Shown: positions 1 through 13,307, counted from the stretch's first letter. The stretch is DNA of 64,000 bases from Sphyrna mokarran (GCA_024679065.1 JAGIQG010000001.1:125612001-125676000); one strand, 5' to 3'. The notes: generated from the letters alone by a model not told the origin. A program made the numbers and translations.

Positions 1-1134
1 ATGAATCTGTGACAATAATAACAGGTCATCACCCATATACTTCACACCATGTCTTGGTCAAACTATTCCAAAAAAATGACCCAGCAATTTAAGACCACCT
101 TACAGAACATCAAAGAAGGAACATTAATATTGTGTAGACCAGTCTTTGATCCAGGACAGATTACTATCCTACTGTGATTTTTCAATAAACCTAATTATAG
201 TTGCTTCATAGATCTACAGAATTCCTATCATTCACAAAAATGAAAGACTTCTGAGAAAGTCTAACATTTGAATTCACTTAATAGATTAATTCTCTCAACT
301 GTTTGATGTAAAGTCAAGTGATTGTTTCAAACAATGTTTGATGTAAGAGTTAGCATGGTGCCAGTTCTTACCAACATCAGCAGTTATATTGTACTTGCTG
401 GCAAATTGTCAGTCTCACAACATTACACGGTATCATATGATGCTTGAGAAATAGGAATTTCTGCATAGTCTATGGTATTATTTTCAGATAATAATCCTCA
501 GAAGGTTAGAGAGAATGTGTGATAATGATGCACAAATCTGGAGCCTTGCTAATAATGTCAATTCAACAAAGATACTGATATCATCTGAAACCAGTTTGAG
601 AACTTGATTGCAGATTCTATTAAGATAGAAAAAAGTGATTGAATTAGCTTCATACACATAATCAGGAAATTATATCATACATAATTACGCACTGCAAATT
701 TTGATACATCCAGCTGTTTGCACCATTCAGTAAGCTCACTAATGATTTGAAATACTTACAATAACTGTGGCATTGATTTTTAAATTTGTAATAAACACAA
801 ATTCTATATTAGCTTATATTCAGAAATACATTTATGATTTAAACTTGTTCCAATCTATACTTTAAAAGGTGATTCATTCTCATTTGACTGTGAAATCTAA
901 ATCTGTTATCATTATAAAACTGGACTAAGTAGTCCAATGATGAGGTGATGTTGCTTTCCAGTTGGACCACGAGTAAAGACTTGCATCTTGGGATCAGCAA
1001 ATATTTATGTATGACCACACAAAACTGCAAAACTTCTGAAAAGTGCAAAGATTTGACACTAGTAGCAAATACTTGATTTTATGAGAGCATCCCAAATGTC
1101 AAATTATGACTACACAACAGTGTGCATAAATTAC

Positions 1135-1330
1135 AATAGCGATTCTATTTTTTATAGCTTCTTCAATGTAATAAAGTATCCTGATTTCATAGAAACTTTA
1201 TCAAACAACATTTGATACTGAGTCACACAAGATATTAAGGCAAGTGACCAAACTTTGTTCAGGAGCTAACTTTAAAGGAGGATTGAGAGGCAGAAGGTTT
1301 CAGGGACAAAATTCCAAGCTTAGCATCAAC
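1135..1330 (-). mobile_element. L2-clade LINE 3' fragment (degraded)
   Basis: Resembles the reverse complement of the L2 3' end and the copy at 20060-20420 (gaccaaactttg...gagaggcagaaggttt...aattccaagcttag). Confidence 0.5.
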
Positions 1331-3428
1331 AGGACAAACACCCACAAAACAGAGCAATTAATATCAGTTCTTGCCTATGGTTTGTTCTTCAACTTGTGGA
1401 ACATATGCATTATAATGTGCATCAATACAGAATGTTTTCCATACTTCAACTATTGCTGATTGCACTAATTTACACTTTTGTCAAATGATGCTTAATTAGG
1501 CAAAATTGCTTTAACCTTTGTGGAACACAGGTTTGTTTTCCATCTTGTGGGATTCACAGCTAGTTGATAGTTGCTTTTCACCTAAATGATCTTGTTCCTG
1601 TCTGAGTTCCAATTTCTTTCATATTTTGAACTGTTCTGAATTTTGTTTTAGAACTATCTTATATTCCTTTAAGTCCTGCATGGTTCATAAGGTGGATTTC
1701 TAATTCATATTTTGGTTAGCCCCATCATATAATCTGATGTCATATTATATTACATTCCCGGCACCAACTAGAACAGCAATCCCTTTGGAATGTTACAATC
1801 TTGCAGTGTTAATATGCAATAGCTATGCTCAAAAGTGCCTCATGCTTTATTAGTGCTTCTCTCAGGTTACAAAAACACATGCTGAGTATTTGTTCTAGTC
1901 TATTTAGTGAAAAGGAGATTAAATCTTTACAATTAATTTCCTAATGTACAAAAGTTAACCCGTTTTCAATGTCATGACTGGAATTGAAGTGTTTTTGGGT
2001 AACCGAATGGAGAAACTCAAAAGTCATTATTATATTTAGAAATACAATAGGAGAAATATTTGTTTATGTTGTGCCTATCACAAAGGCTATGTCAATTCCC
2101 CTGGAGAGGCAGTGCCAGGGAAGGTGCTATCATCATGGGTTTCTTCAATTATATCTAACATGAACATTAGTAGACCTTGTATACAGTGATCCGCAGTGCT
2201 ATCTGCTCCTGGAAATCTGTGTAGCTGACATGATTCTGCTTCAACGAAACACCATACAAATAAATCTTTTCCCCAATTAACTTTTATTTTGTGGGGTCAG
2301 TGCAATTTGCACTAATCAGATTTGTGTCACTTACATAGCCCTGTCAAAAAACATTTTCTTCATTTACACGATATAGTCAAAAACATGAAGCATCATAAAC
2401 AGCTCCCTGTTCCTCCAGACATTATGAAAATATCATGAGTATTGTCAATTGCAGGCAACATTTTTCTGATAAAAAATTTATAGGTCGCTGCCCTATCCAT
2501 TGACCTATTAGAATCATAAAACCATAGAAAGATTATGGCACAGAAGGATACCATTTAGCCCATCATGTCTGTGGTACAGTCAGCAGTGGGTGTCCTGGGA
2601 GTGGGATGGAAAAATGTGGAGAACAGCCAGAAGTCAGCTTCCTGCCAGCATAAAAACAGTTGGCAATTTTCCACTTCTGTCTTTCATGGTGGGTTGGAAG
2701 CTCACTGTAACATGTCGGGAAATGTATTTGACTGCATTTTGATATCATGAATATTCATAATGAAGACAGCTCATCAGAATCACACCCCTCCCCACAACTC
2801 CAGATAAAACTGCCACATCTAGACTGACGTGATTCACAACTGGGTAGAAAAAATGTGCAGCTGGCAAAAACCACTTCAGTCAGGTATGAACTCTCACCTG
2901 CAAAATAGTGCACTGCTCTCACCACTGCTCCAACTCCTTGCTAAAGGTGCGCAGGTAAGACCAGCTAGGTAGAAGAGGTTGGAAGGCAAAGTTTGACCAG
3001 GTTTGAGGGGATGGGGGGTGCAATCCTTGAATGGAGGGGGTATGAATGGGGATGACAGCAAACCATCACATGACAGGTGGAAGGGGGAGAATTAGTTCCT
3101 CCACCTTGATGGGAGGGATTATGATGTTCAAAGTGAAGGTTTGAAGCTGTTCGGGTGGTAAAATCTCAGCATCATCATTTTTAAGCTGATCCAATGACAC
3201 AGTTGAAAAATAAGCTATGTAAATAAAATGGAGGAATCAACTACTGCACTTGTGAGCCAATTTAAGAGGTACCCAACTCATTTCCACTTTTTCATATGAT
3301 GAGGGAGGCACGACTCAGATATGTTTGGAACAGTCAAATGACAATTCAGGGCCTAACTAACATTACACATTCTGGCAAGAAAATAAACCCAAGTGAGGTC
3401 ATAGTAGGATTAGCTTCCAAAGAGCCTT

Positions 3429-4300
3429 GGGGCGATTCTCTCAGCTTGCTGAACTGCTCGAGTAGCACAACGGGCTGGGATTCATCAGTGGCAGCTGTTT
3501 TGTGGGATTCACACTGAATGTCACGGCCTCCACACATATCTCCCAAGGTAAGATTTTGGCTTCATCAGATCCACTTTAGAAATCAGCGCAGAGCTGGCTA
3601 TTATATGGAAAGGTCTTGAAAATTGACACTTCTGTATGATTACCAGCCTAAGACGGTATTCTCTGGGCCCACGAACATCGCTGTACCGCCAAATCCCCCC
3701 TCCCCGAACGGAAGTGGTTCCCTCCATTTACAAATGCTCCCCACTAATGGGGAACAGGCGTGCAGCACTGTTGGAGGGAACAGAGGCCATTGGGGCCCCT
3801 CCCGTTAGATCGGGAGTAAGAGGGTGCCCTTTGGGCATTGTTAGCCTGACAGTGCCAAGGGAGTGGCGCCTACTGGGGCAGGGCCTATTGGGGCAATAAA
3901 TGAGGGGGAACCCACTGTACTACAAAAGGATCGGTGAGAGCGGGGTAGAGGGGGAGTGTGTGCGATCGGGCTGGCCATTAGACTTGGGGGTGTCAGGGCT
4001 AGTCACCAGGATTGGGGTGAGGTCCGGACTGTTGGTGCAGGAGGGGATTTGGGAAAATCAGAGTTGGCTGGTGTAGGGGGACATACGAAGGCCAGTAATG
4101 GGTGTTGCAGGGCTGACCAGCTATTGGGAAGGCTAGCGATCGGGAGGCGACAATGGTGGGGGGGGGGAGCGGTCCACTGCACGTGCACTGATCATGGTGC
4201 TGACAGATTGGCGGCACAGATTCGCACCACCTCCCCTACAAAACTCTCACAACATGAGTGCAAATTGGAGCTGTGGTGTAATCTAAAGATTACAGTCTGA
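3429..4300. mobile_element. GC-rich non-autonomous DNA transposon (probably PIF/Harbinger-derived)
   Basis: Abrupt GC-rich block starting gggcgattctc, with G-runs; similar termini to the other GC-rich blocks in the window; adjacent to the Harbinger transposase relic. Confidence 0.45.
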
Positions 4301-4586
4301 TAGTACTCTAAGTCTTCTCTCAGCTGGCTGAACTCATGAATTAAAGCCCTGACATGTCTATGACATTTGATAGGCAGTTTAGTGTAGTATAGATGGAGGG
4401 GATCAGATGGTGGTGCTGGTTGGAGGGGTGGGTGCCCTACCAGTGCATAGGGAGCTGTAAAGTATTCTAAGAGACTCAGTGAGGATATAATGTCTGGGGT
4501 GAAAGTGACCAACAAGCTCCACTATGACTGAAAGTTGACCATTGCAGGCTTATGTTCATTGATACTTATGATCAATATTTCTGAAA

Positions 4587-5550
4587 ATGCGAGCCTCGTG
4601 GAAGGAGCAGACAATACTGCCTTCATCTTGGCAATCAGGCAATAAGAAGAAGGAGAAGAAGGGCCTGTCACTGCCAAGCTGGGCTAAGAAAAAGAGCCTC
4701 ACCCAGATGAACAAGGGGTCCTCTCAAGAGCCACAAGGTGGGGCTGAGAGAACCATTGAGCAAAGGCTTCTGGCAAGGCCAAGGATGTATGGAAGACACT
4801 TCTCATACCTCCAAATGAGCAAGAGACAGTGCTGTAGATGTCTTCACATGTTGAAGAATGTGCTGTCTCACATCTGCCACATTTTCCAGCAGGACTGGAT
4901 GCTTCAAGGAGTGAGGTCATCTATTGCCAATGATCCTTAAAATGATTGTCGTTTTGAACTTTTTTGCAAGTGGCTCATCCTAGGACTCCACTGGTGATCT
5001 CTGTGTTCTCTCTCTGCACATAAATGCTATTCAAGAGGAAATGGGCATCGTATTTAGCAAGATGCACAATTATGTCCATTTTCTTTAGGTGAAGCCAGTC
5101 AGTGCCAGAGCACTGGGATTTGCAGCAATCAACAGATTCCCATAGATGCACGTGTACACACTGCACACACATAGAAACCTGTACAATCCATCAACATGAA
5201 AAGATTCCACCCTTTAAATATGCAACTAGTCTACAACTACCAGAAGCACATTATGCAGGTATGGGTGTGGTACTCTGGGACCTTCTACAAGTCCTATATC
5301 TTGAGTCATTTACTGGTGCCACTGATCTCTGAGGGGCCTCAGTGGATCCAGGGTTGACTCCTTTATGACAATGTTTACTGCAAAGAATGTGGTTGCTGAT
5401 GTCTGTTCATCTGCCACAAAAGTGCTTCAGAAGAGGGGTATAATGTTACTCATTCCGCAACATGTCCAATTATTAAGTAGATCATGAAGATGCATTTTAG
5501 ATGTCTGGACAGCTCAAGCGGCACTCTCCTATATGCTCGCCAGAGTGTTT
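4587..5550 (+). mobile_element. PIF/Harbinger DDE transposase (HARBI1-like) relic with frameshifts and stops
   Basis: Frame-broken motifs RPRMYGRHFSYLQMSKRQC, KMIVVLNFFASGSS*DSTGDLC, CTHI, WLLM and MKMHFRCLDSSSGTLLY, typical of Harbinger transposases. Confidence 0.75.
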
Positions 5551-5726
5551 ACTCTCTCTGACTTGGGGGCAGTCAGTTTTTTACCCTTCAGAGCTATCAC
5601 TCGTCACGAACGGTCCCTGGATGCAGAGAGTGAATGATGTATGCAAATGGTGTGGTATAAACATGGTGCCCAGAAAGTTAATTCAATGATGTCTCAGTAG
5701 GGCAGATGAATCCTAGTCACAATATA

Positions 5727-6014
5727 GCGCCGCAGTACAATGGTTAGCACTGCTGCCACACAGTGCCAGGGACCTGGTTCGATTCCAGCCTTGGATGACT
5801 GTCTATGTGGAGTTTGCACATTCTCCCCATGTCTGCTTGGATTTCCTCCCACAGTCCAAAGATATGCAGGTTAGGTAGATTAATCATGGTTAATTTGTGG
5901 GAGTTTGGGGATAAAACAGAGGGGAAGGTATGCTGGGATGCTCTTTTGGAGAATAGTGCAGAATCAATGGGCCAAATGGCTCTTGTTGCACTGCAGGGAT
6001 TCTATATCCTCTAA
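5727..6014 (+). mobile_element. tRNA-derived V-SINE (HE1-like) with CR1-type tail
   Basis: A/B boxes (tggttagc..., ggttcgattcc), V-domain gtggagtttgcacattctccccatgtctgc, tail ggccaaatggc...gggattctat. Confidence 0.85.
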
Positions 6015-8008
6015 GATATCTCTTATTTTACACCCATGTATACATAATGAGCTGAAAAGTGGATCTGGTGAGGACTCTTGCAACGTCGACCAGCAGGAAA
6101 TGTGCCACCTTTCATGTCCCCTACTGCACTTAGTCTCCACAGCAGAAAATTCTGCCCTACATATCAAAGATACCTCATGAGCTATACAGTACTTTGAGAT
6201 GTCTGGTGGTCATTAAAGTTGTTATATAAATGCAAGATTTTCTTTCTTTTATAAAACTAAAACATACCTTGAGTAATATTAATCATCATGCATAATTTAC
6301 TTGAATGCCTTTCTACATTTGCTGTTTAAATGCACCCATTAACTCATTGCTTTGAATGAATTAACAGCGCAATTAAAATAACAGACAAAGAAATGTTATG
6401 AATGTCACATGAAATGTGTTAATTATTTGTGTGCCAGTAATCTTCTGAATTTATTCTGAATGTTTCTTTTGAAACTGCTAGCACAACACACCCTGTGGGA
6501 GTTTCTTGATTAGCATATGGGGTTGAAGATTTAACGCAAATTAGAACACAGCTTCCAATAAATCCATATCAACAGCTGGAAAGTAAGAACAGCTGAAACC
6601 AGCTATGATGGGAATCCTGCAAACAATGAAGTGGAAAATCAATTATTTGTTTCCAGCAGTTATGAATTCTTTTAAAGAACAGATTTGATTCTGAAATATC
6701 AGTATAGAGAAAATTCAACAAAAAATGTTTTAAAATGTTTTTTATTTGAGCAGCTCTAACTTGCTAGTGTGACAAGCCCCAGCCTCGGTGAAGGTTCATT
6801 AGTAGAATTTAGTCCCGGTGACAAGGATCTCGCCTGTCAGCTGGAGAGCTGTTGCAATCCCACATCGTCTCCTTTAGGGACAGACTGACATATTAATGAC
6901 TTTCAGGGTCGAATACAGAAATCCCATCCTACCAGAGTTGCCAGTTAATCAGAGATCAGCAGTCTTCTACTGCGCCTAAAGCTACTGAGAGCAGTGGTAG
7001 CTGCCAGCAATACATCTACCAGAGGGACTGTATCAATGAGGAATCCGGATCACAGGTGAATGAGGATAGGGGCCACTGAGAGAGCACCATTGGCTTGAGA
7101 GAACAGGGGGCTTGGACGAAAGTGTCAATGGTTGGCACTCAGCTGACCAACATCCCTCCCCGCTCCTGATGCCAGGTCCCTCAATCAGGTACTGAGTGCC
7201 TGATAATGAACCTTCAATTTCATTTACCCTTTGAGCCCCTCTCATGCTAGATTTTTGCAATCTCTGCCCTGCCCACTGTTGAATGAAAGATAGGAGGACT
7301 CTTAAGTGGGCATTAATTGTTCATGTAAGGACCTCAATTGGTTTGGGGGCAAGAAAGCTATCTACAAGTCTTCTCATCCTGGACTTAATTAGGATAGAGT
7401 CAGGAAAGGGGCAGAGCATTAAGAGGGGAATGAGCATTAGATTCTGCATGTTCAAGCGGCAGGATCTAACTGACTAGCACAAGGCCTGGGACATTTTAAC
7501 AATATCTGTAACCAGAGGTTAACAACTAATTGTTATTCTGTGGTGATGTTAGTTTTGTGAAGTGTTCTAAATTCAGTATGCGGGGTTGAAGTTCTAATGG
7601 ATCTGCCCTGAATCCAGAAGATACATTACCCTTCCCAAATAAACAGAACATCCTTCTACAATTGATAAACTTAATTAAGGCAGTTTATTACAAAAGCCTC
7701 CCTGGAACCCATGCTAGCCTTCAGTCAGTGTAGATATTGTAGAGATCTTCTAATGACATTTTACATTGAACTCTCAGGTACATAAGAAAAAATAAGGGAG
7801 AGGTGATGGAAGCAGGTTTGCACAGCAGTGGCAGTATAAGGAGTAGAATCAAAATTTCTGCCCAAATCCTAACTTCCCCCTCAAATGTTGGCCCCACAGA
7901 TGCATCATCATCATGCTGATGAGAACATCTAGGATTTTGGGGATGTTGGTGAACTGTTTATTTCTCCTGAAATTAAACTGATTAACTGAGGATGGTTGTG
8001 TTACTTAC

Positions 8009-8135
8009 CAGGTACTGACTTGATCCTCCTTAAGATGTTGCAAACTGCAGTCTTTTTCTCTCTGGCTGATGTAGTTAGGTATTCATGGTCAAGAAGCTCC
8101 AGAAATAGATGCAATTCCACGATCAATTCCTCCAT
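8009..8135 (-). CDS. AFAP1: First coding exon of an actin filament-associated protein 1 (AFAP1/AFAP-110)-type gene; exon 8009-8137, ATG at 8135-8133
   Basis: Minus strand reads ttgctctttgctctttcag|TG ATG GAG GAA TTG...GTA CCT G|gtaagt, translating to [42 protein letters not shown](G). This matches the AFAP1 N-terminus as I recall it ([40 protein letters not shown]). Canonical splice sites, 127 coding nt, phase-1 donor. Not in the ORF track because it is short. Confidence 0.9.
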
Positions 8136-10781
8136 CACTGAAAGAGCAAAGAGCAATTGTCAGTTCACAATAATCCACTAGCGTCAAAGTGATTTTACAA
8201 TCCAACATTTCCTGTGGAAAATGGCACCCCATGAAACATATTTTAGGAAATTGTGAATTAGTTTTGAGTTTCTGTCCATTAATTATAATAAATGGAAAAT
8301 AATATGTTGTGCACGTGAAATGAAACCTGCTCCTCACATGGACCACTTCTTATGTAGAGTATTGAATAAGAAACCTGGAACTTTGTGATTAGTGAATGTA
8401 CCTTTAATACTATGACATTTCCATACTGTTCAGCTACTAAAATCATACTACCACATGTTGTTAAGTAATTTGTTCCAGTCCCGGAACACTGCCATCAATT
8501 TCCATTTGTCTTGACAAGCATGTATGAACAAATTACACCAATTGAATGAAATGGCAAGGTGTATTTTACTGAAAGCATTAATATATCAGTATTCTGTCTA
8601 GGTAATATGCAGATCATTAAATCAGATGCAAGATAAATTGTTCATAATCCTCCTCCAGTAGAGAAACCATATAAAACATCTCCACAATACTCTTAAGGAT
8701 AAGCACCCTGTCAGATGTGTCACTTTTCCTACACATTTTAAAATGTAAAATGTAAATTTATGGTTTGGTATGGTTCCTTTAAAAATTCAGACAGAAGTTA
8801 AAAAATGCTGGCAAAATGACAGGGGTGCAGCACTGCCTCTGTATATCAAATCACTTCAGGCCAAGCCCATCCCCTCAGTGCTTTGAGGTTTTAAGATGTC
8901 CACCTTCTTTTACTGCTGCAATGTTCTGGCTCTCTCCTGTTATTGTTGCAAGTTACACACCCTCCTCTTTACTGCTGCTTCACTAACTTAAGACTCTGCA
9001 AGTTCCAGCAATCTTCTTTTTTCTTCTATCCCACAGCTTTCACCAAATCAATAAGAATAAGATAGAAATGAGATATGGGGATTGCAGAAAGGGAGGGGCA
9101 AAGAAAATAAAAAGGACCAGAACTCTCCAGTTTCACTATTGACAGCTAGAACAGAAAATTTAATGCTCACTCAAACTCTATTCACAGCAGTGGGACCAGA
9201 GAATCCCTACTGCGGGCAGAAAATTCTGGCCATGGTCTTTTTGTGTTGAAAAAAATTGTATTTCTGTGGAGTTATGTGCTGGTGCTTCAATATCTTCAAG
9301 ACCTATATCTGCCTTGTATTTCTGTACACAGATTTCCATTTATGTAATGGACAAGATAATGTGAGGCAGTTGTCGTTGAGGATACAGCTGCAGCTAATGG
9401 CTTCTTCTAATTGGTACAGTTCAGGGTTTCATTTGCATCTCATTAGCAGTAAGGCCAATGCCATTAAGCATTTTTAAGTTGCCATGATTTATGTCCTGCA
9501 TCTGCTTTATGGTCTCTTCCATGTTGGTGATGCTTTGGTGGTGACCCTGGCAGATCAGATTCAAGGTGACACATGAAGGATCTATACCAGAGCAGTTGGC
9601 GATGATCTGCAACTAGGAGAACAGTGATTAGCGAAGAATGAAAGATGAGGAACAGATTCATCAATGGAAAAGAGGAGAGAGACTATTTTTCAGCCTAATT
9701 GTTTTTTTTATCCTTTGTCATAACACTTCTTTGTACAGAGCAGACTTTTAACAAGTTCCACAAATTATTCTTTCCGAATAATTCTCAAGGATAATGGACC
9801 AGAAATCAACTGGGCTACTTTCCTGTGCTTATATAAAATATGGCAAAATTCTGTTGGGTCAGTAGACCAACATCATCCTATTAATTTCCAAATTAATGAA
9901 GGCAAGCAAGAGTCAGAATTGGAAGCATACCCTCTATTTTGAGAAAAACATATACGCTATTGAGCTTGTTTAAGAAACAACAACTGCAATTTTAAATCAC
10001 CCACTTCATTTATTGGCAGTCACACAGAAATAACATTGGGAGTGATTTATACCAGGTATGAGGACACAATGCAGAAGGAATGAAGATACCTATAACTGGG
10101 ACCTTGGCTGCAAAAAGCAACAGAATTGGCTGCTGAATGTGACTGTGTTTGGCTGTTAGCAACATTATTTCATCATTGTTTTTAGGTTGACATTATAAGT
10201 AAGAGAATGAGGGAACCTTTAAATGGGTGGCTGTGACCAACCTCCAATTCTTCTCCCACCAGATGTCCCACACAGTACACCCAGTTGGGCACTTCCCAAT
10301 ACTAATTTGCTTCCCTGTGCCTAATTCACTGCACTAATAAGGGCAGACATGGGAGTTGCTGAACCACACACTTCCAATTCTGTCTCCCTCACCCCACCAG
10401 AAACTGGAAAATCCAGCCCATTGTGGGTAAACCATGAGGAAATTTGAGGCGTAAAATAAAAATTAATTTTGTGTTAGAGTTTCAAGAATTTATTGCAATG
10501 AAACAAAGTTTGCCCATCATTTATAGGTCATTCTTTTGAGCTACAACACACTTTTAACACATTTTCTGAAAGGAATTCGGAAACAAGTTTCAGTAACATT
10601 GCACTGTGAATTTACCAGTTTTACAGTAAGATCTTTTTGGAATGTGGTGCAGCATCATGAGTGATCTAATGCAGACTATTTGAAAACACTTCACAAATCT
10701 TGAAAAAAACACTCTAATATGTGGAATTAATTAACCAGGGCAGCCTCATTTTTTCATTCACAGATGTCCAACTACTGAATA

Positions 10782-11126
10782 GGGGTCGCATGATGGCACA
10801 GCGATTAGAACTGCTGCCTCACAAAGCCAGGGATCTGGGTTCATTTCCAGCCTTGGGTGACTGGCTGTATGGTGTTTGTACATTCACCTCGTGTCTGTGT
10901 GTGTTTCCTTGCTTTGTTCCAGTTTCCTCCCACAGTCCAACGATGTGCAGGTTAGGTTGATTGGCCATGTTAAATTGCTCTTAGTGTCCCAAGATGTGTA
11001 GGTTAGGGAATTAGCAGGGTAAATACCAGGGGTTATGAGGATAAGGTCTGGATGGGATTGTCATCAGTGCAGGCTCAATGGGCCGAATGGCCTTCTTCCT
11101 CACTCTAGGGATTCTATGATTCTATA
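10782..11126 (+). mobile_element. HE1-like V-SINE with CR1-type tail
   Basis: tRNA head, V-domain, tail ggccgaatggccttcttcctcactctagggattctatgattcta. Confidence 0.88.
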
Positions 11127-11875
11127 ATAACTCCATTTCAGTGTTAATGTAAACCTATTTGTGACAATCTTCAGATTGTGAATAATGGCAACTTATGGTG
11201 AGAATAATTCATAATCTAACAAATTTATATCTGCTAACTAAAATGGAAAGGTTATTTTGTTACTGAATGCACAACCCAAATTCTGGAGAATTGGAGTAAT
11301 AAAATACTTAATAATAAAAAACATTGGCTCTAATTGTCCTCTCCTGCAGTGTTTGCACAAATCTGCCCCGCACAGAGTGGTGTCATTTCTACTACTCTGC
11401 CAAACTAATGTTTTCCCTGCCAGCATTGTATTGGCTAAAACAAAAATTCATTAAAACTCTTTCCTTTACATGCTGCTTTTTTTGAATCTTTATATTGAGA
11501 CGGTCAGAGTGATTTGGTGCTTGGAAGCAAGCATCTTGATAAAGTATGTTTTTCTTTCTATTTAAAAAATGCAAAACATATATATTGGTGCTACACAAAG
11601 TTGCTGCATGCAACATTTCAATGAATTTCTGCTAAAACAGTGAAGGTGTGGTTATCCATTCTTGCACAGCATTATTACTGATCAACAATAGTATCCTCTT
11701 GTGACCCAATCTCAATGTTTGCATAATTCATACACGTGCCTTGCAATCACTTTATAGATGGACTGTGAAAATACTTCTGAACAAAAGTACGAAACATTAA
11801 GTGGTATGAACATATATAGTAACAGAAAAGATAAACTGAGTTTATTTCCATTTGTGTAATCTGGCTCTGTGTAAA

Positions 11876-12381
11876 AATCCTGCAAATCCACTGGCAGGAT
11901 AAACACATCAATGTGAACATCCTCTCCCAGGATGATATCCTCAGTATCAAGGCACTCGTTATGCTCGACCAGCTAAGAAGTGTGGGCCACACTTTCCACA
12001 TGCCTGGACATGAGACTCCCACTACTTTGAGCTCAGTTATGGCAAGTAATCACTAAGAGGGCAGAGGAAATGCTACAATGACACCCTGCTAGCCTCCCTA
12101 AATAAATGCAACATCCCCATTGATTATGTGGGAATTGCTTGCTTTAGACCATACAAATTGGAGAAGAAGCGTCCACAAAAGCTCCAATCACCTCAAGCAT
12201 CACTGGGAGCATGAGGAGGCTAAGCATAAACAGCAAAGAATGCAGAATCCAGAGTGTCCCACCAAACACCACCTGCTAAGCTTATGGCATGGTCTGCGGC
12301 TCTGCATTTGGAATATTCAGCCACCTCCCCAGTGTGGAAGCAAGTCATTCTTAACCCTGAGGGACTGCCAAAGAAGAAGAG
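11876..12381 (+). mobile_element. RTE-clade LINE 3' fragment
   Basis: Translates (with breaks) ILQIHWQDKHINVNIL...QL..VGH..HMP...GQRKCYNDTL..SL.KCNI...WELLALDHTNWRRSVH; ends gagggactgccaaagaagaaga. Confidence 0.8.
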
Positions 12382-12571
12382 TAATAAACCTTATATTACC
12401 CTTTCTGATGTCTGGAAATGATCACGTGCAATTGAACCAAGTGACTGGTTAACTAATCTTTTGCATTGGTTTCCAATCCTGCTTGATACTCGCCTGCACA
12501 GTTTTCTGTTTAAAACCTGACCGACTGTCCAAAGGGAGAATCTAGTCTTGTCAACCCCTACTGAATGTTAA

Positions 12572-13307
12572 CAGTAAAGGACACTTCCAGCAAAATTAAT
12601 TTGAGATGTTTATTGATTACCAAGATATAGTTGCAAATTACACTGATAAGGGAAACCAACTTCTATTAACACATTAACCATTTATCTTCATGCTTTATTT
12701 TAAAAACCCAATATTTAAACGCAACATTTTCCCCAAATTCTTTATCAATAAAAAGGGTTAAAAAAAGATCCCAAAATGTGACAAATGTCTTTTGATTAAT
12801 GTTATACTCCTATCCCTTTGGGAGTTGAATCAGAAAGTACATTTGGAATCAAACCATCTGGAGTCTCACTACGTGTCAAGAAGATAACCAGATCATTGTG
12901 TTTAGACATTAGGTCAAGCTGCAGTCCCTCAGACAACAGACAGTTTTCACAAAGAAACTGGCCTAACACAGAGAACTTCAAATTGTTGCTTCACAATAAA
13001 CCGTCAGTTTGCTGTCAAATGCATTCAAAACACAACATTTGCACTTGTAATCATGAGTTGCATCCGAAAAAACATAAAAAACTACAATTACAAATACTGG
13101 AGCAAAACAAAATTTGGGGAAAATGTTGCATTTAAATGTTGCATTTTTAAGCAAAATGTAAAGTTGATTAAAATGTGAAAAAGCAGCTAAAAGAAAAATA
13201 GTTAATGTGTTAATCGAAGTTGGTTTCCCTTACAAATGCAATTTGCAAGTCTATCTTGGTAACCAATAAACACCTTATACTAATTTTACTGGAAATATCC
13301 CTTACTG
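12572..13307. mobile_element. MITE with long (~175-200 bp) imperfect terminal inverted repeats, possibly Tc1/mariner-pogo type
   Basis: 12572-12745 is the reverse complement of about 13105-13307 (cagtaaagg/cccttactg; taagggaaaccaacttc/gaagttggtttccctta; gcaacattttccccaaatt/aatttggggaaaatgttgc). Confidence 0.75.

Noticed and set aside
930-1042. Possible C/D-box snoRNA (ATGATGA ... CTGA)
   Set aside because: No terminal stem, no recognisable guide sequence, and it is antisense to the apparent host gene; these motifs are common by chance.
5727-5800. tRNA gene-like A/B boxes (also at the other SINE heads)
   Set aside because: Each continues into a V-domain and SINE tail, so these are SINE heads rather than tRNA genes.
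1-8008. Next AFAP1 exon (Pro-rich PAPPQMPLPEIP-type)
   Set aside because: Searched by eye on the minus strand and not found; it probably lies beyond the window start.
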